Shown piece by piece: positions 11,720 to 22,654 of a stretch of DNA of 43,949 nucleotides. Source of the stretch: Octopus bimaculoides (taxonomy: Eukaryota). The stretch spans positions 48,750,771-48,794,719 of the forward strand of contig NC_068996.1 of assembly GCF_001194135.2 (NCBI RefSeq). The letters run 5' to 3'. Positions within the stretch are counted from its first letter, which is position 1, and every line of letters starts with the position of its first letter. Below the pieces are notes generated by a model, which ran no database searches, was not told where the DNA came from, and worked only from the letters and a program-made list of their open reading frames with translations. Position numbers and translations under genes: made by a program.

Positions 11720-11892
11720 GTGAGTTCTCCTTCTCTCACACACTATACTTCGTTGCTTGTTACACTTTTTCTCTCATTCTTCCTTTGCAAATCTGAGACT
11801 TAAAACCGAGTTTCGTTTTCTATTTCTTTCTCTCGCTCTCACTTCAGCAACTTTTTGTAAAATACATATTTAAAACTGAATCTCTTCTTTCT

Positions 11893-11923
<31 letters not shown>

Positions 11924-12944
11924 NNNNNNNNNNNNNNNNNNNNNNNNNNNNNNNNNNNNNNNNNNNNNNNNNNNNNNNNNNNNNNNNNNNNNNNNNNNNN
12001 NNNNNNNNNNNNNNNNNNNNNNNNNNNNNNNNNNNNNNNNNNNNNNNNNNNNNNNNNNNNNNNNNNNNNNNNNNNNNNNNNNNNNNNNNNNNNNNNNNNN
12101 NNNNNNNNNNNNNNNNNNNNNNNNNNNNNNNNNNNNNNNNNNNNNNNNNNNNNNNNNNNNNNNNNNNNNNNNNNNNNNNNNNNNNNNNNNNNNNNNNNNN
12201 NNNNNNNNNNNNNNNNNNNNNNNNNNNNNNNNNNNNNNNNNNNNNNNNNNNNNNNNNNNNNNNNNNNNNNNNNNNNNNNNNNNNNNNNNNNNNNNNNNNN
12301 NNNNNNNNNNNNNNNNNNNNNNNNNNNNNNNNNNNNNNNNNNNNNNNNNNNGTCGCTTTTTTTTTTTTAAAGAAATACATGAAAACAAACAAATAAAACA
12401 AACTGCTAATTCTGTCGGATTTTCCGACTTTCCGTTGTCGAGCTCAACGAACATATTTGAAAAGCTCATTAAAAAAAAAACACCTATTAAAAACCAATAT
12501 GGAAAATCATATAAAATGGAAAATCATATAAAATACATGTGAAAATAAATACAAACCATTTATAAAACAAATATAAGCAAATCTTTTGTTTTTCGTTAAA
12601 TGTTTTTTCGTGTTACGTATTTTTTTCGAGTAGAGTCGTATGTGTTGCAACCAATTCCCAATGTAAGTTGAGATATATGCTGTAGAGATAATAACATATA
12701 AAAGAAGAAGAAAAAAGGAAATAGCTTGTCCCAACAATATTTGCCTTGCTCCAGGCAACCTAAGTATACTACATCACTGATCGATGGAACGCTTTGAGAA
12801 ATTAATGGAAAAATCCTATCACAAAGCGAGTATTAAACATACTCAGTGTAGTGTACCTGGGTAGTTTTAAATGGTTGATATCTGTTAATGTAACAATCGT
12901 AGTGAGGGGTGGTCGGGTGTGGAGGCTAATAACTGCTATTAGGT

Positions 12945-13130
12945 TATGGGCTGTGTGGTAATAAATTTACTTCCCATCCACATGGCTTTGGGTTCGGATC
13001 CACTGCTTGGCACCCTTGCGGTAAGTGTCTTCTACTTATAACCCCCGGTCAGTCCTACCAAAGACTTGTGAGAGGATTTAATAGACAGAAACTCAAGCGT
13101 ATGTGTGTGTGTGTGTATGTGTGCTCGCGA
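12945..13130 (+). mobile_element. SINE family A head fragment
   Basis: gggctgtgtggta...cttccca.ccacatgg...gggttcg head. Confidence 0.75.
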
Positions 13131-13281
13131 CGCACGAAAATCTCAGACCTTGAGTCACTCTGTTACCTCTGCTAAATATAAATATATATATATATTATAT
13201 ATATGTATATATATGGATCAATAAACAGTATATATTTTTGAAAATGACTCAGCATTTTATAACAAGTCTGGGTGCCCTCAG

Positions 13282-13324
13282 GCTATCTATCTATCTATCT
13301 CTATCTATCCATCCATCAGTCAAT

Positions 13325-13357
<33 letters not shown>

Positions 13358-13482
13358 CNNNNNNNNNNNNNNNNNNNNNNNNNNNNNNNNNNNNNNNNNN
13401 NNNNNNNNNNNNNNNNNNNNNNNNNNNNNNNNNNNNNNNGCTATCTATCTATCTATCTCTATCTATCCATCCATCAGTCAAT

Positions 13483-13515
<33 letters not shown>

Positions 13516-13608
13516 CCTAGCTAGCTAGATAGATAGATAGATAAGATAAATAGATAGACAGATAGATAAGATAAATAGATAGATAGATAGATAAGATAGA
13601 TAGATTAT
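13282..13608. repeat. (CTAT)n followed by inverted (ATAG)n microsatellite, spanning a gap
   Basis: ctatctatctacctagctagctagatagatagatag inversion point at about 13520. Confidence 0.9.
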
Positions 13609-13904
13609 GCAAGGCAACTCAGGAATTCAGGTTTAAAATATGGTGAAGTGAGTATTGAGTCTTAGACATGTTTTAACCTTATTAAATCTTGTTAGTGAAA
13701 CATAGTCAAACAATTACTGCAGATTTCAAAAGGACCGGAGAAACACAGGGGTTTTGCGAATGAACACTAAGTGGGGCTACAACTTGAGAATTATAACATC
13801 CAGGTGTTTTATTATTGTCACTTGGGGCTGAGTTATTTTATTATTGTCACCCAGGGTCATGGGCTGACATACTTAACACCAAAAAATGTTAATTAAAATT
13901 TTAC

Positions 13905-14300
13905 AGGCTTGGCTGTATGGTAAGAAGTTTGCTTCCCAACCACATGGTTCTGGATTCAATTCCACTGTTTGGCACCTTAAGCAAGTGTCATCTACTATTG
14001 TCTTGGACCGACCAAAAGTTTGTGAGTTGATTTGGAAACCAAAGCAAACCTTGTGTGTGTGTATAGATCTATGTGCATGTGTCCTTGTGTTGGTCTCCAC
14101 TATCACTTAATAACTGGTGTTATTTCATTTACATTCCCATAAATTAGCAGTTCAGCAAAAGAGATTGATAGATTAAGCATCAGGCTTTAAAAAAAATAGG
14201 TACTGGGGTCAATTTGTGTTCAACTAAAAAGCCCACAAGGCATTACCCCAGCATGGCTGCTGTCCAATGATTGAAGCAAGTAAAAGATAAAAGATAGAAA
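13905..14300 (+). mobile_element. SINE family A, near full length
   Basis: Head and 3' block as in other copies. Confidence 0.85.
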
Positions 14301-14402
14301 TGAGAAGCAATTACTTATCATAATGACTAATTCTGTTCAAGAAAGGCAAGGGAGGGAATCCCTGATTTTAAATTAATTAAAAATAGAATACAGTAGGGTG
14401 TG

Positions 14403-14975
14403 ATCATCATTATCATCATCGTTTAACGTTCGCTTTCCATGCTGGCATGGGTTAGACAATTTGACTGAGGACTGGTGAACCGGATGGCTACACCAGGCTC
14501 CAATCTGATTTGGCAGAGTTTCTACAGCTGGATGCCCTTCCTAACGCCAACCACTCCGAGAGTGTAGTGGGTGCTTTTACGTGCCACTGGCATGAGGGCC
14601 AGTCACACAGTACTGGCAACGGCCATGCTCAAAAAGGTGTTTTTTACGTGCCACCTGCACGGGAGCCAGTCCAGCGGCACTGGCAACGACCTCGCTCGAA
14701 TGATTTTCTAACATGCCACTACCACAAGTGCTAGAAGGTGACGCCGGTAACAATTATGCTCAAATGGTGCTATTTACGAGCCACTAGCACAGAAGCCATG
14801 AACACCCTCGGACAATGCTGTTGGTGCTCCACTGGCACAGGTGCCAGTCATCGAGTATGGTTCAATTACGATTTCGATTCCAATTTCACTTGCCCCATCA
14901 GGTCTTCACAAGCAGAGTTTAGTGTTCAATGAAGGAGAGGTTGGCATGGGTGCCAGTCGTCGGATTCGGTTCGAT
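14403..14975 (-). mobile_element. RTE LINE 3' end
   Basis: (cat)n-cgtttaacgttcgctttccatgc signature. Confidence 0.82.
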
Positions 14976-15789
14976 TTCGATTTCAGATTTCAACTGCCTA
15001 AAATAATGTACTGGATTTTTGTGAAGGAATACTTGGTTCAGTTATAACTTAGGAGTTGTAATGCTACTCAGGTAACACAAAAATACCTTGGTGATATTAT
15101 AAACTGGGGTTGGGTGTATAAATAATAACAAAGGGTGCATGCTAACATAGTACAGTAACAACTCTGGTGGATATATTTCAACCTTATTTGACCTCTTCAG
15201 GGAAGTACAGCCTAACTGGTTCCATATGGACATCAACCATATTGAATACATAATATGCAGACATGTCTCAAATTACATCAATAATTGGTTCCAAGACATA
15301 CAACTTACTTCAAAAATTGACAAAACATAAAAGCATTTTAATAAATTTATTTGCTTATGTCTGTTTTAATAAACGGTTTTACTCTTTTACTTGTGTCAGT
15401 CATTTAACTGCGGTCATGCAGGAGCAACGTACATATTTGTACATGTACTTTATTTGATTGTATACTTCAGTAATTGTTTTTAAATGTTAATGTTTTTTAG
15501 CTTTCATGCTTTTAAATATGTTTGCCGAGACGAATATAAAGTCGGATAAATCAACTGAAGATGCGGTTTATTTTTTTCCACTAATTTCTTTTAAAAAATT
15601 ACATGAATTCACGAAAAAGTCATACCTCAAAATGTCACAAGTTGAAGTATGCTTCTACATCATATTTAAAATATTCTATGTTTGAGTTATTGTTGTTGCT
15701 TAACACCAGATCGACATTCATTAAAATATTGGTGCTTTGGTTAATTAATTATTTCATACTATTTATTTACCCATCTCTTCCCAACCAAT

Positions 15790-16030
15790 TAAGAGGAACG
15801 TCATATAAAATGAAAGACAAGGTGTCTCATACTGAAATCCTCCTGAGAGCAGGGATCTCTAGCGCTGAAACCAGCATCTTTTGTCGTTTTCTCCACTGGG
15901 TTCGTCATGTGATTCAGATGCCAGGTAACTGGCTCCCAAAGATGGTCTGCTTCAATGAGACTGAGACTGGAAATAGGCGTCATGGACAACTAAAGCTTCA
16001 TTTTCAGAATAATCTTTCGAGCTCATTGCT
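15790..16030 (+). mobile_element. RTE-clade LINE ORF2 C-terminal fragment (distinct subfamily)
   Basis: KDKVSHTEILLRAGISS...FLHWVRHVIQMPGNWLPKMVCFNETETGNRRHGQLKLHFQ matches the RTE LRWxGHVxRM..R.PK...G.R..GRP pattern. Confidence 0.8.
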
Positions 16031-16508
16031 TTGACCCTTTGGTGCCAACCCTCTGTAGACTGTCCCTGATTTTATGATACAAACTTCCCGCTTTCAGGTG
16101 ATTTAAATTAAAATCTTCCATCAAGATTAATTGAAACAAAAGTAATGTATTCCATCAGATATTACAACAAAAGAGTTGGAGTGTTCTAAATTTAAACCTT
16201 CTTCCATCTAAATTCCTTGTTAATTAATATTTCAAATGCCAGCTTAATAATGACAAAATTATTTTACTAAATTCTTCATTATTTTCAAGAGGAATCATTG
16301 AAACAAAAGCAGTGTATTTCAACAGAAACATGGTAATTATTAAAAGGGTTTAAAGTGATCTAAATTAAAACCTTCCATCAAAGTTTCATGCTAATTTATG
16401 TTCCAAAAGACCAGGTAAATAATAGCAAAGTTATTTTACTTTTTTTTTTGGTATTAACTGGAACAAAGACAGTGTATTTTTACAGAAATATAATAACAAA
16501 AGGGTTAA
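16031..16508. mobile_element. piggyBac-type MITE (second family), partly duplicated right end
   Basis: Starts ttga-cccttt; two right ends aaaagggttt(aa) at about 16350 and aaagggttaa at 16508. Confidence 0.5.
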
Positions 16509-16655
16509 ACAGTCTATAAACATACACAGTAAATAAATGGCAAGGAAGTAAGAAATGCAATGTTTTAACTCAAAACTGCGTGATACCAAATTATGTAATT
16601 TAAAATATTCCAAATGTGAATCCTTTGCTTAGAAAATATATATAAAAAAAAAAAC

Positions 16656-17100
16656 GATAAAGTGGTGGTATGTTTTCAACTTAATGTGACAGTCCCATGA
16701 AAGGGAAGAATACTACTGCTATTTAGCCCTAGGGCTGCCCTAGGGCTAAATAGCAGTAGCATTCTTCCCTTTCATGTGACTGTTACATTAACCCATTACC
16801 TACCAGTGATCTCATATGAGATCACTTAAAAATTACAAATTTCGTAATTATTTGTCAATATTTACATATATCTAACCTTTTTGCTATATCTACTAGGTAT
16901 ATTTCTCTGATATTCAAATGAGGTTTGCTAATTTTTCACCCAATTTCTAGCTTATTTCTATTTAAAATGTTATTTTGATCATTCCAGCGTGTTTCTAAGG
17001 CTGTTTTATGCTAGAAATCAAAGTTTCATAAAAAAAGAATTCCAGTTAATAGAATTATGGGAGGTAATGGGTTAAGTTGATAAGATGCCACCACTTTATC
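16656..17100. repeat. 80-bp-arm palindrome split by a MITE insertion
   Basis: 16656-16735 pairs with 16737-16791 plus 17076-17100 at 74/80 once the MITE is removed; centre gccctagggc-t-gccctagggc. Confidence 0.93.
16788..17075. mobile_element. piggyBac-type MITE with TTAA target-site duplication
   Basis: ttaa-cccattacctacc ... gggaggtaatggg-ttaa (13-bp TIR, 1 mismatch). Confidence 0.88.
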
Positions 17101-17635
17101 ATATTGCTACTGTATAAATCTCTCTGAGAGATTTTAAAAATCTATTATTTCTAAAATAAAATGAGTAGCTATTAAAGAGGGTGGAATATAGCAAACACTA
17201 CTATTTTACAGATCATACAGCAAAATAAGCATTAAGCGAGTCAAGAAGAAAGCTTTTATGTGGTTAGAAATAGCTGCCAAATCTTCTTCAAATCATATGC
17301 ATATTGTTTTAAACATAAAGGAAAGGACATGTTAGGTATTGTAGTCTTAGATATTCCTTAAAAACATAGGATAATCCTAGCTAGCATGTTCAGTCAGGAT
17401 TGACCTGGTGTTAAGCAATGATTAGAACTAAAACAAACTTTTATCTTTGTATGGAAGTGGTTATAGTATATTTTGCTAGTGAGGTCATATAGGCTGAAAC
17501 ATGTTCAGGATTATCTTTTCACTGTTAAAGGTCAGGTTCATGCCCCAACTGAATTAAAGTTTTAATAACTTTGAATTTAATTCAAAGTAATTAAAAATGC
17601 AATAAGTTAAGACAATGTCTCACCTTTCTACATAG

Positions 17636-18013
17636 GTGCAGGCATGGCCATGTGATAAGAAATTTGCTTCCAACCACATGGTTCTGGGTTCAACCCACTG
17701 CATGACATCTTGGGCAAGCATCCTAGCCTTGGGCCAACTAAAGTCTTACAAGTAATTCTGGAAGATGGAAACTGAAAGAAGCCCTTCTATGTGTGTGTGT
17801 GCATGTCTCTTTCCATGACCACAGCTTGACAACTGATATTGGTTTGCTTATGCCCCTGTAACTTAGAAGTTCAGCAAAAGAAAACCAATTAAATAAATAC
17901 CAGACTTCAAAAAAAAATAGTACTGGTATTGATTTGTTCAACTAAAACCCTTCAAGGTGGTGCCCCAGCATGGCCACAGTCCAGTCACTGAAACAAGTAA
18001 AAGATAAAAGATA
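17636..18013 (+). mobile_element. SINE family A whose 3' end seeds a tandem array
   Basis: Head aggtgcaggcatggccatgtg at about 17636; 3' block is unit 1 of the array. Confidence 0.85.
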
Positions 18014-19077
18014 TACTGGTATTGATTTGTTCAACTAAAATCCTTCAAGGTGGTGCCCCAGCATGGCCATAGTCCAAAGATTGAAACAAGTAAAAGATAA
18101 AAGATATACTGGGATTGATTTGTTCAACTAAAACCCTTCGAGGTGGTGCTCCAGCATGGCCACAGTCCAATGACTGAAACAAGTAAAAGATAAAGGATAT
18201 ACTGGGATTGATTTGTTCAACTAAAACCCATCAAGGTGGTGCTCAGCATGGCCACAATCCAATGAGTGAAACAAGTAAAAGATAAAAGTTATATTGGGAT
18301 TGATTTGTTCAACTAAAACCCTTCAGGTGGTGCCCCAGCATGGCCACAGTGCAATGACTGAAACAAGTAAAAGATAAAAGATATATTGGGATTGATTTGT
18401 TCAACTAAAACCCTCCAAGGTGGTGCCCCAGCATGGCCACAGTCGAATGAGTGAAACAAGTAAAAGATAAAAGATATACTGGGATTGATTTGTTCAACTA
18501 AAACCCTTCAAGGTGGTGCCCCAGCATGGCCACAGTCCAATGACTGAAACAAGTAAAAGATAAAAGATATAGTGGGATTGATTTGTTCAACTAAAACCCT
18601 TCAAGGTAGTGCCCCAGCATGGCCACAGTCCAATGACTGAAACAAGTAAAAGATAAAAGCNNNNNNNNNNNNNNNNNNNNNNNNNNNNNNNNNNNNNNNN
18701 NNNNNNNNNNNNNNNNNNNNNNNNNNNNNNNNNNNNNNNNNNNNNNNNNNNNNNNNNNNNNNNNNNNNNNNNNNNNNNNNNNNNTAAAAGATAAAAGATA
18801 TACTGGGATTGATTTGTTCAACTAAAACCCTTCAAGATGGTGCCCCAGCATGGCCACAGTCCAATGACTGAAACAAGTAAAAGATAAAAGATATACTGGG
18901 ATTGATTTGTTCAACTAAAACCCTTCAAGGTGGTGCCCCAGCATGGCCACAGTCCAATGACTGAAACAAGTAAAAGATAAAAGATATAGTGGGATTGATT
19001 TGTTCAACTAAAACCCTTCAAGGTAGTGCCCCAGCATGGCCACAGTCCAATGACTGAAACAAGTAAAAGATAAAAGC
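17921..19077 (+). repeat. 93-bp tandem array derived from the SINE A 3' end
   Basis: Unit starts at 17921, 18014, 18107, 18200, 18292, 18384, 18477, 18570, [gap], 18801, 18894, 18987. Confidence 0.96.
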
Positions 19078-19235
19078 TGAATGTAATTCTTATCATCTTT
19101 GGAACAAGTTTGGTCTTTTTTATCTTGGTCGTTACTAGAGTTTATATTATCCCTACAACCCAAAGAGTTAAAGCAACAATTTTATCCACTGGCAGGTCTA
19201 ACCAAGCTGGGTAACTCTGAAACAGTGGATCTGAC

Positions 19236-19513
19236 CAATGGTTCTCCACTGGGATCCATATTATCATTAGGGGTTTGTAGAACACTTGAGGGTCCACGTA
19301 AGATTTTGTCGTTAGAATTTATGTGCAATAAACAGGTTATTCTTTTAGAATGCACAAAATTTTTTAACAATTTTTCTTTTATACAATTCTCAATTAATAT
19401 TTAATTATAAAAATATAATAGGATTTTTTAAACATTGAATGGCTATGAGGGTTCCAGTAGAGTACAATAGGGATGAAAGGGGTCCATAGGCAGAAAATGG
19501 TTGAGAAAAACTG
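19236..19513. mobile_element. hAT (Charlie-like) MITE, diverged
   Basis: caatggttctcca ... aaaatggttgagaaaaactg resembles CAGTGGTTCTCAA/TTGAGAACCACTG ends; subterminal ggggtccata motifs. Confidence 0.55.
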
Positions 19514-20214
19514 GATTAAACTTAATAAGAATCACCAGCAGAAGCCTTAGAAAACAGGACGTCAGATGTAGAGTTTTGGCCGTGGAATCAATTAATCAAT
19601 GGGGGAAACATGGAGAATGTAGGAAGAAGGGAATTGTATTGATGGTATTGATAAGGTCACCTAGTTCTGAAAGTGAACCATTGTTAGCATCTATAGGATT
19701 GGTGTTCTTGAATTTCAATCAACAGACAAAAGAAAATATAATTTTGGTTAATTGTAGGTATGGATATGAATTTGCAGTAAGGAGTTTGCTGTCTGGGTTC
19801 AGTGCCACTGCTTGGCACCTTGACTAAATGTCTTCTACTGTAGCCCTCGGCCAACCAAAGTCTTGTGAGTGGTTTTGGTAGAGAGTAACTGAAAGAAGCT
19901 CATTGTATGTATGTATGTATGTATGTATTATATGTATATCTATCTATCTATCTATATATATNNNNNNNNNNNNNNNNNNNNNNNNNNNNNNNNNNNNNNN
20001 NNNNNNNNNNNNNNNNNNNNNNNNNNNNNNNNNNNNNNNNNNNNNNNNNNNNNNNNNNNNNNNNNNNNNNNNNNNNNNNNNNNNNNNNNNNNNNNTATAT
20101 ATAAATATATATATAAATAAATATATATAAATGTACTATTATATAAATAAATATATATAAATGTACTATTATATATATAAATATATAGAAATGAATCTAT
20201 ATAAATATACATAT

Positions 20215-21237
20215 ATGTATATAAATGGAAGGGACTTTGGTACTCGGCAAGCTATCCTGCAGGAATTTCCAGTTGCCCTCTAAACCACAAGTTTGTAGCT
20301 GCTCCTCCCTATCATCAAATTTCTCAATTAGGATGTCCCTAAATCTCTGACCATTTGAAGGGTCCTTAAGCTTCCAAATCCTTCTTTTCCAGATTGATCT
20401 GCTTCTGGGCATCCTTCTGGCCTGGAATCTAAAGTCGCTAATGACTAGTCTATGTTGGGAGGTACATTCTTCACCAGGGAGGGTCTTTGTATTTAAGAGC
20501 AACCATGCATCCCGCTGTCTGGTGTGAATGAAGTCAATCTGGCTTACAGAGTCACCTGATTGATAGGCTATCAAGTGGCTGGTTGATTTCCTGAAGTTGA
20601 TGTTGCAGATCAATAGGTTACTTGCATTGCAGAACTCCAGTAGCCTTGTTCTCTCTTTGTTTTGAGAACCCATTCTATGGCCCCCAGGAACACCATGGAA
20701 GATACCAGGCTGCTGTCCGACAGGCCCATTAAAATCTCCAGCCACAAAGATGAGATCATTGTCACTCATCTTGACGGTAGCCTGCAGAAGAGCATCATAA
20801 AAGTGGTCCTTCTGTTCATTTAGTAGGCCCGCTTGTGTAGCATAGACAGATATAATTGTAGCTATATTATTCTGCAAGACTAGCCTGAGCTTAAGTACTC
20901 TATCATCCACTCTGACTACCTCCATAACATTATCCACCCATTTCTCAGCAAGAAGTATGCCCACACCACCCACTCCGTTACTGTTACCTTCCCACAAGAT
21001 TTTGTACCTATGTGTCTTGCCTGTGAGGAATCTGACTGAAGCTCCTCTCCATCTAACCTCATGGATACAACACACATCAACACACCTCCGTTCAAGCATC
21101 TCTACAATCTCGTTAGATCTACATTTCAGTGTGCCAACTCTGAAAACTTGGAAAGGGATGTGGGAGGGAGCATGGGAAGGAGAGATGTTATTCAGCACCC
21201 AAAAAGGAGCTTTCCATGATCGTTTGATACCAGACAT
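20215..21237 (-). mobile_element. RTE LINE ORF2 AP-endonuclease (EEP) domain fragment, uninterrupted frame
   Basis: VGTLKCRSNEIVEML, CIHEVRW, GVGILL, SVYATQ, AGDFNGPVG, QIDF, SQHRLV motifs in ORF 20197-21237. Confidence 0.93.
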
Positions 21238-21422
21238 ATCATAACAGTTGCTCTCGCTCTTAACCTATCATCATTCAAACAAGTTAAAATTGTTGCCTCT
21301 ACTGGGGAGCGAGAGTAAGGCAAGCACTGTAAATATAAGCATTACTGCAGCGGCAAATATAGATATAAATATACCGATGTAAAATTAAGTAAATAAATGG
21401 GCTGCTGTTTGGTTTTAGTCCC

Positions 21423-21472
<50 letters not shown>

Positions 21473-22049
21473 CATACATACATACACACACATATATATA
21501 TACACACACACACATTTATATATACACATACATATGCATATGCACGCGCATATATATATCTATATACATATATATATATATAGAGAGAGAAAAANNNNNN
21601 NNNNNNNNNNNNNNNNNNNNNNNNNNNNNNNNNNNNNNNNNNNNNNNNNNNNNNNNNNNNNNNNNNNNNNNNNNNNNNNNNNNNNNNNNNNNNNNNNNNN
21701 NNNNNNNNNNNNNNNNNNNNNNNNNNNNNNNNNNNNNNNNNNNNNNNNNNNNNNNNNNNNNNNNNNNNNNNNNNNNNNNNNNNNNNNNNNNNNNNNNNNN
21801 NNNNNNNNNNNNNNNNNNNNNNNNNNNNNNNNNNNNNNNNNNNNNNNNNNNNNNNNNNNNNNNNNNNNNNNNNNNNNNNNNNNNNNNNNNNNNNNNNNNN
21901 NNNNNNNNNNNNNNNNNNNNNNNNNNNNNNNNNNNNNNNNNNNNNNNNNNNNNNNNNNNNNNNNNNNNNNNNNNNNNNNNNNNNNNNNNNNNAAATATAT
22001 ATATATATATATATATACTTTATTTAAAAGCAGCAGAAATATAACAAAA

Positions 22050-22085
22050 AAGTGTTACTCAGATTTTCACATTCCCGTTCATGCA
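22050..22085 (-). ncRNA. Degenerate hammerhead half-motif
   Basis: Minus strand: tgcaTGA-acgggaatgt-GAAA-atctgagt-A; stem II acg/tgt with ggaa loop; CUGA box and stem I damaged. Confidence 0.4.
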
Positions 22086-22152
22086 TATTACTCTACCTCT
22101 GGTATTTGAGTACTCTTTTTACCACCTTGTTGCACATTTATGTGCTTACTCT

Positions 22153-22193
<41 letters not shown>

Positions 22194-22245
22194 TAAATAG
22201 AGGATTATTTATATATGTTATAATTCAGAACAAACTGTAAAAGGT

Positions 22246-22319
22246 TGTCATTATAGTACTCTGAGTTTTGCATGTCGGAGCGGAGAGCTACGATGCATTC
22301 TCGTTGGCGATTAATGGCA
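22246..22319 (-). ncRNA. Degenerate type I hammerhead in the Penelope 3' region
   Basis: Minus strand: tgccattaatcg-ccaacga-gaatgcatcgtagc tctcc gctccgacatgc-aaaa-ctcagagt-A-ctataatgaca; stems I, II and III traceable, both core boxes mutated. Confidence 0.45.
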
Positions 22320-22654
22320 ACAGATACTATGAAAAACTGTTGAATAAAAGGGAAGTTACACCCGCACATATACAAACATGTATGTCCGTATAAATGAAGG
22401 AGATGTGCGCATGAAAGTCGCACTTATGCACCAGACACAGTCTTACACTCATATACATACATATACACATACACACATGTACGCATGCACACACATATAC
22501 ATATAAAATATATACATATATGTACGTGTACTCTCACATGTACACATTCACACAATTAAAAAGGAAAAAGAGAAACAATGAAAAAATATATATAAAAATT
22601 TAAAAGAAAGTTAAGACATATGGGAGTCTTGTGCAGGAACAGAGTAAAAATGTG

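Noticed and set aside
12352-12470. Antisense ORF start and CpG-containing segment suggesting a divergent or nested gene
   Set aside because: Short, runs into a gap, no homology recognised; CpG retention is explained by proximity to the SDR 5' end.
17921-19077. CRISPR-like array
   Set aside because: Units are contiguous near-identical 93-mers with no unique spacers, derive from a SINE tail, and the context is eukaryotic with no cas genes.
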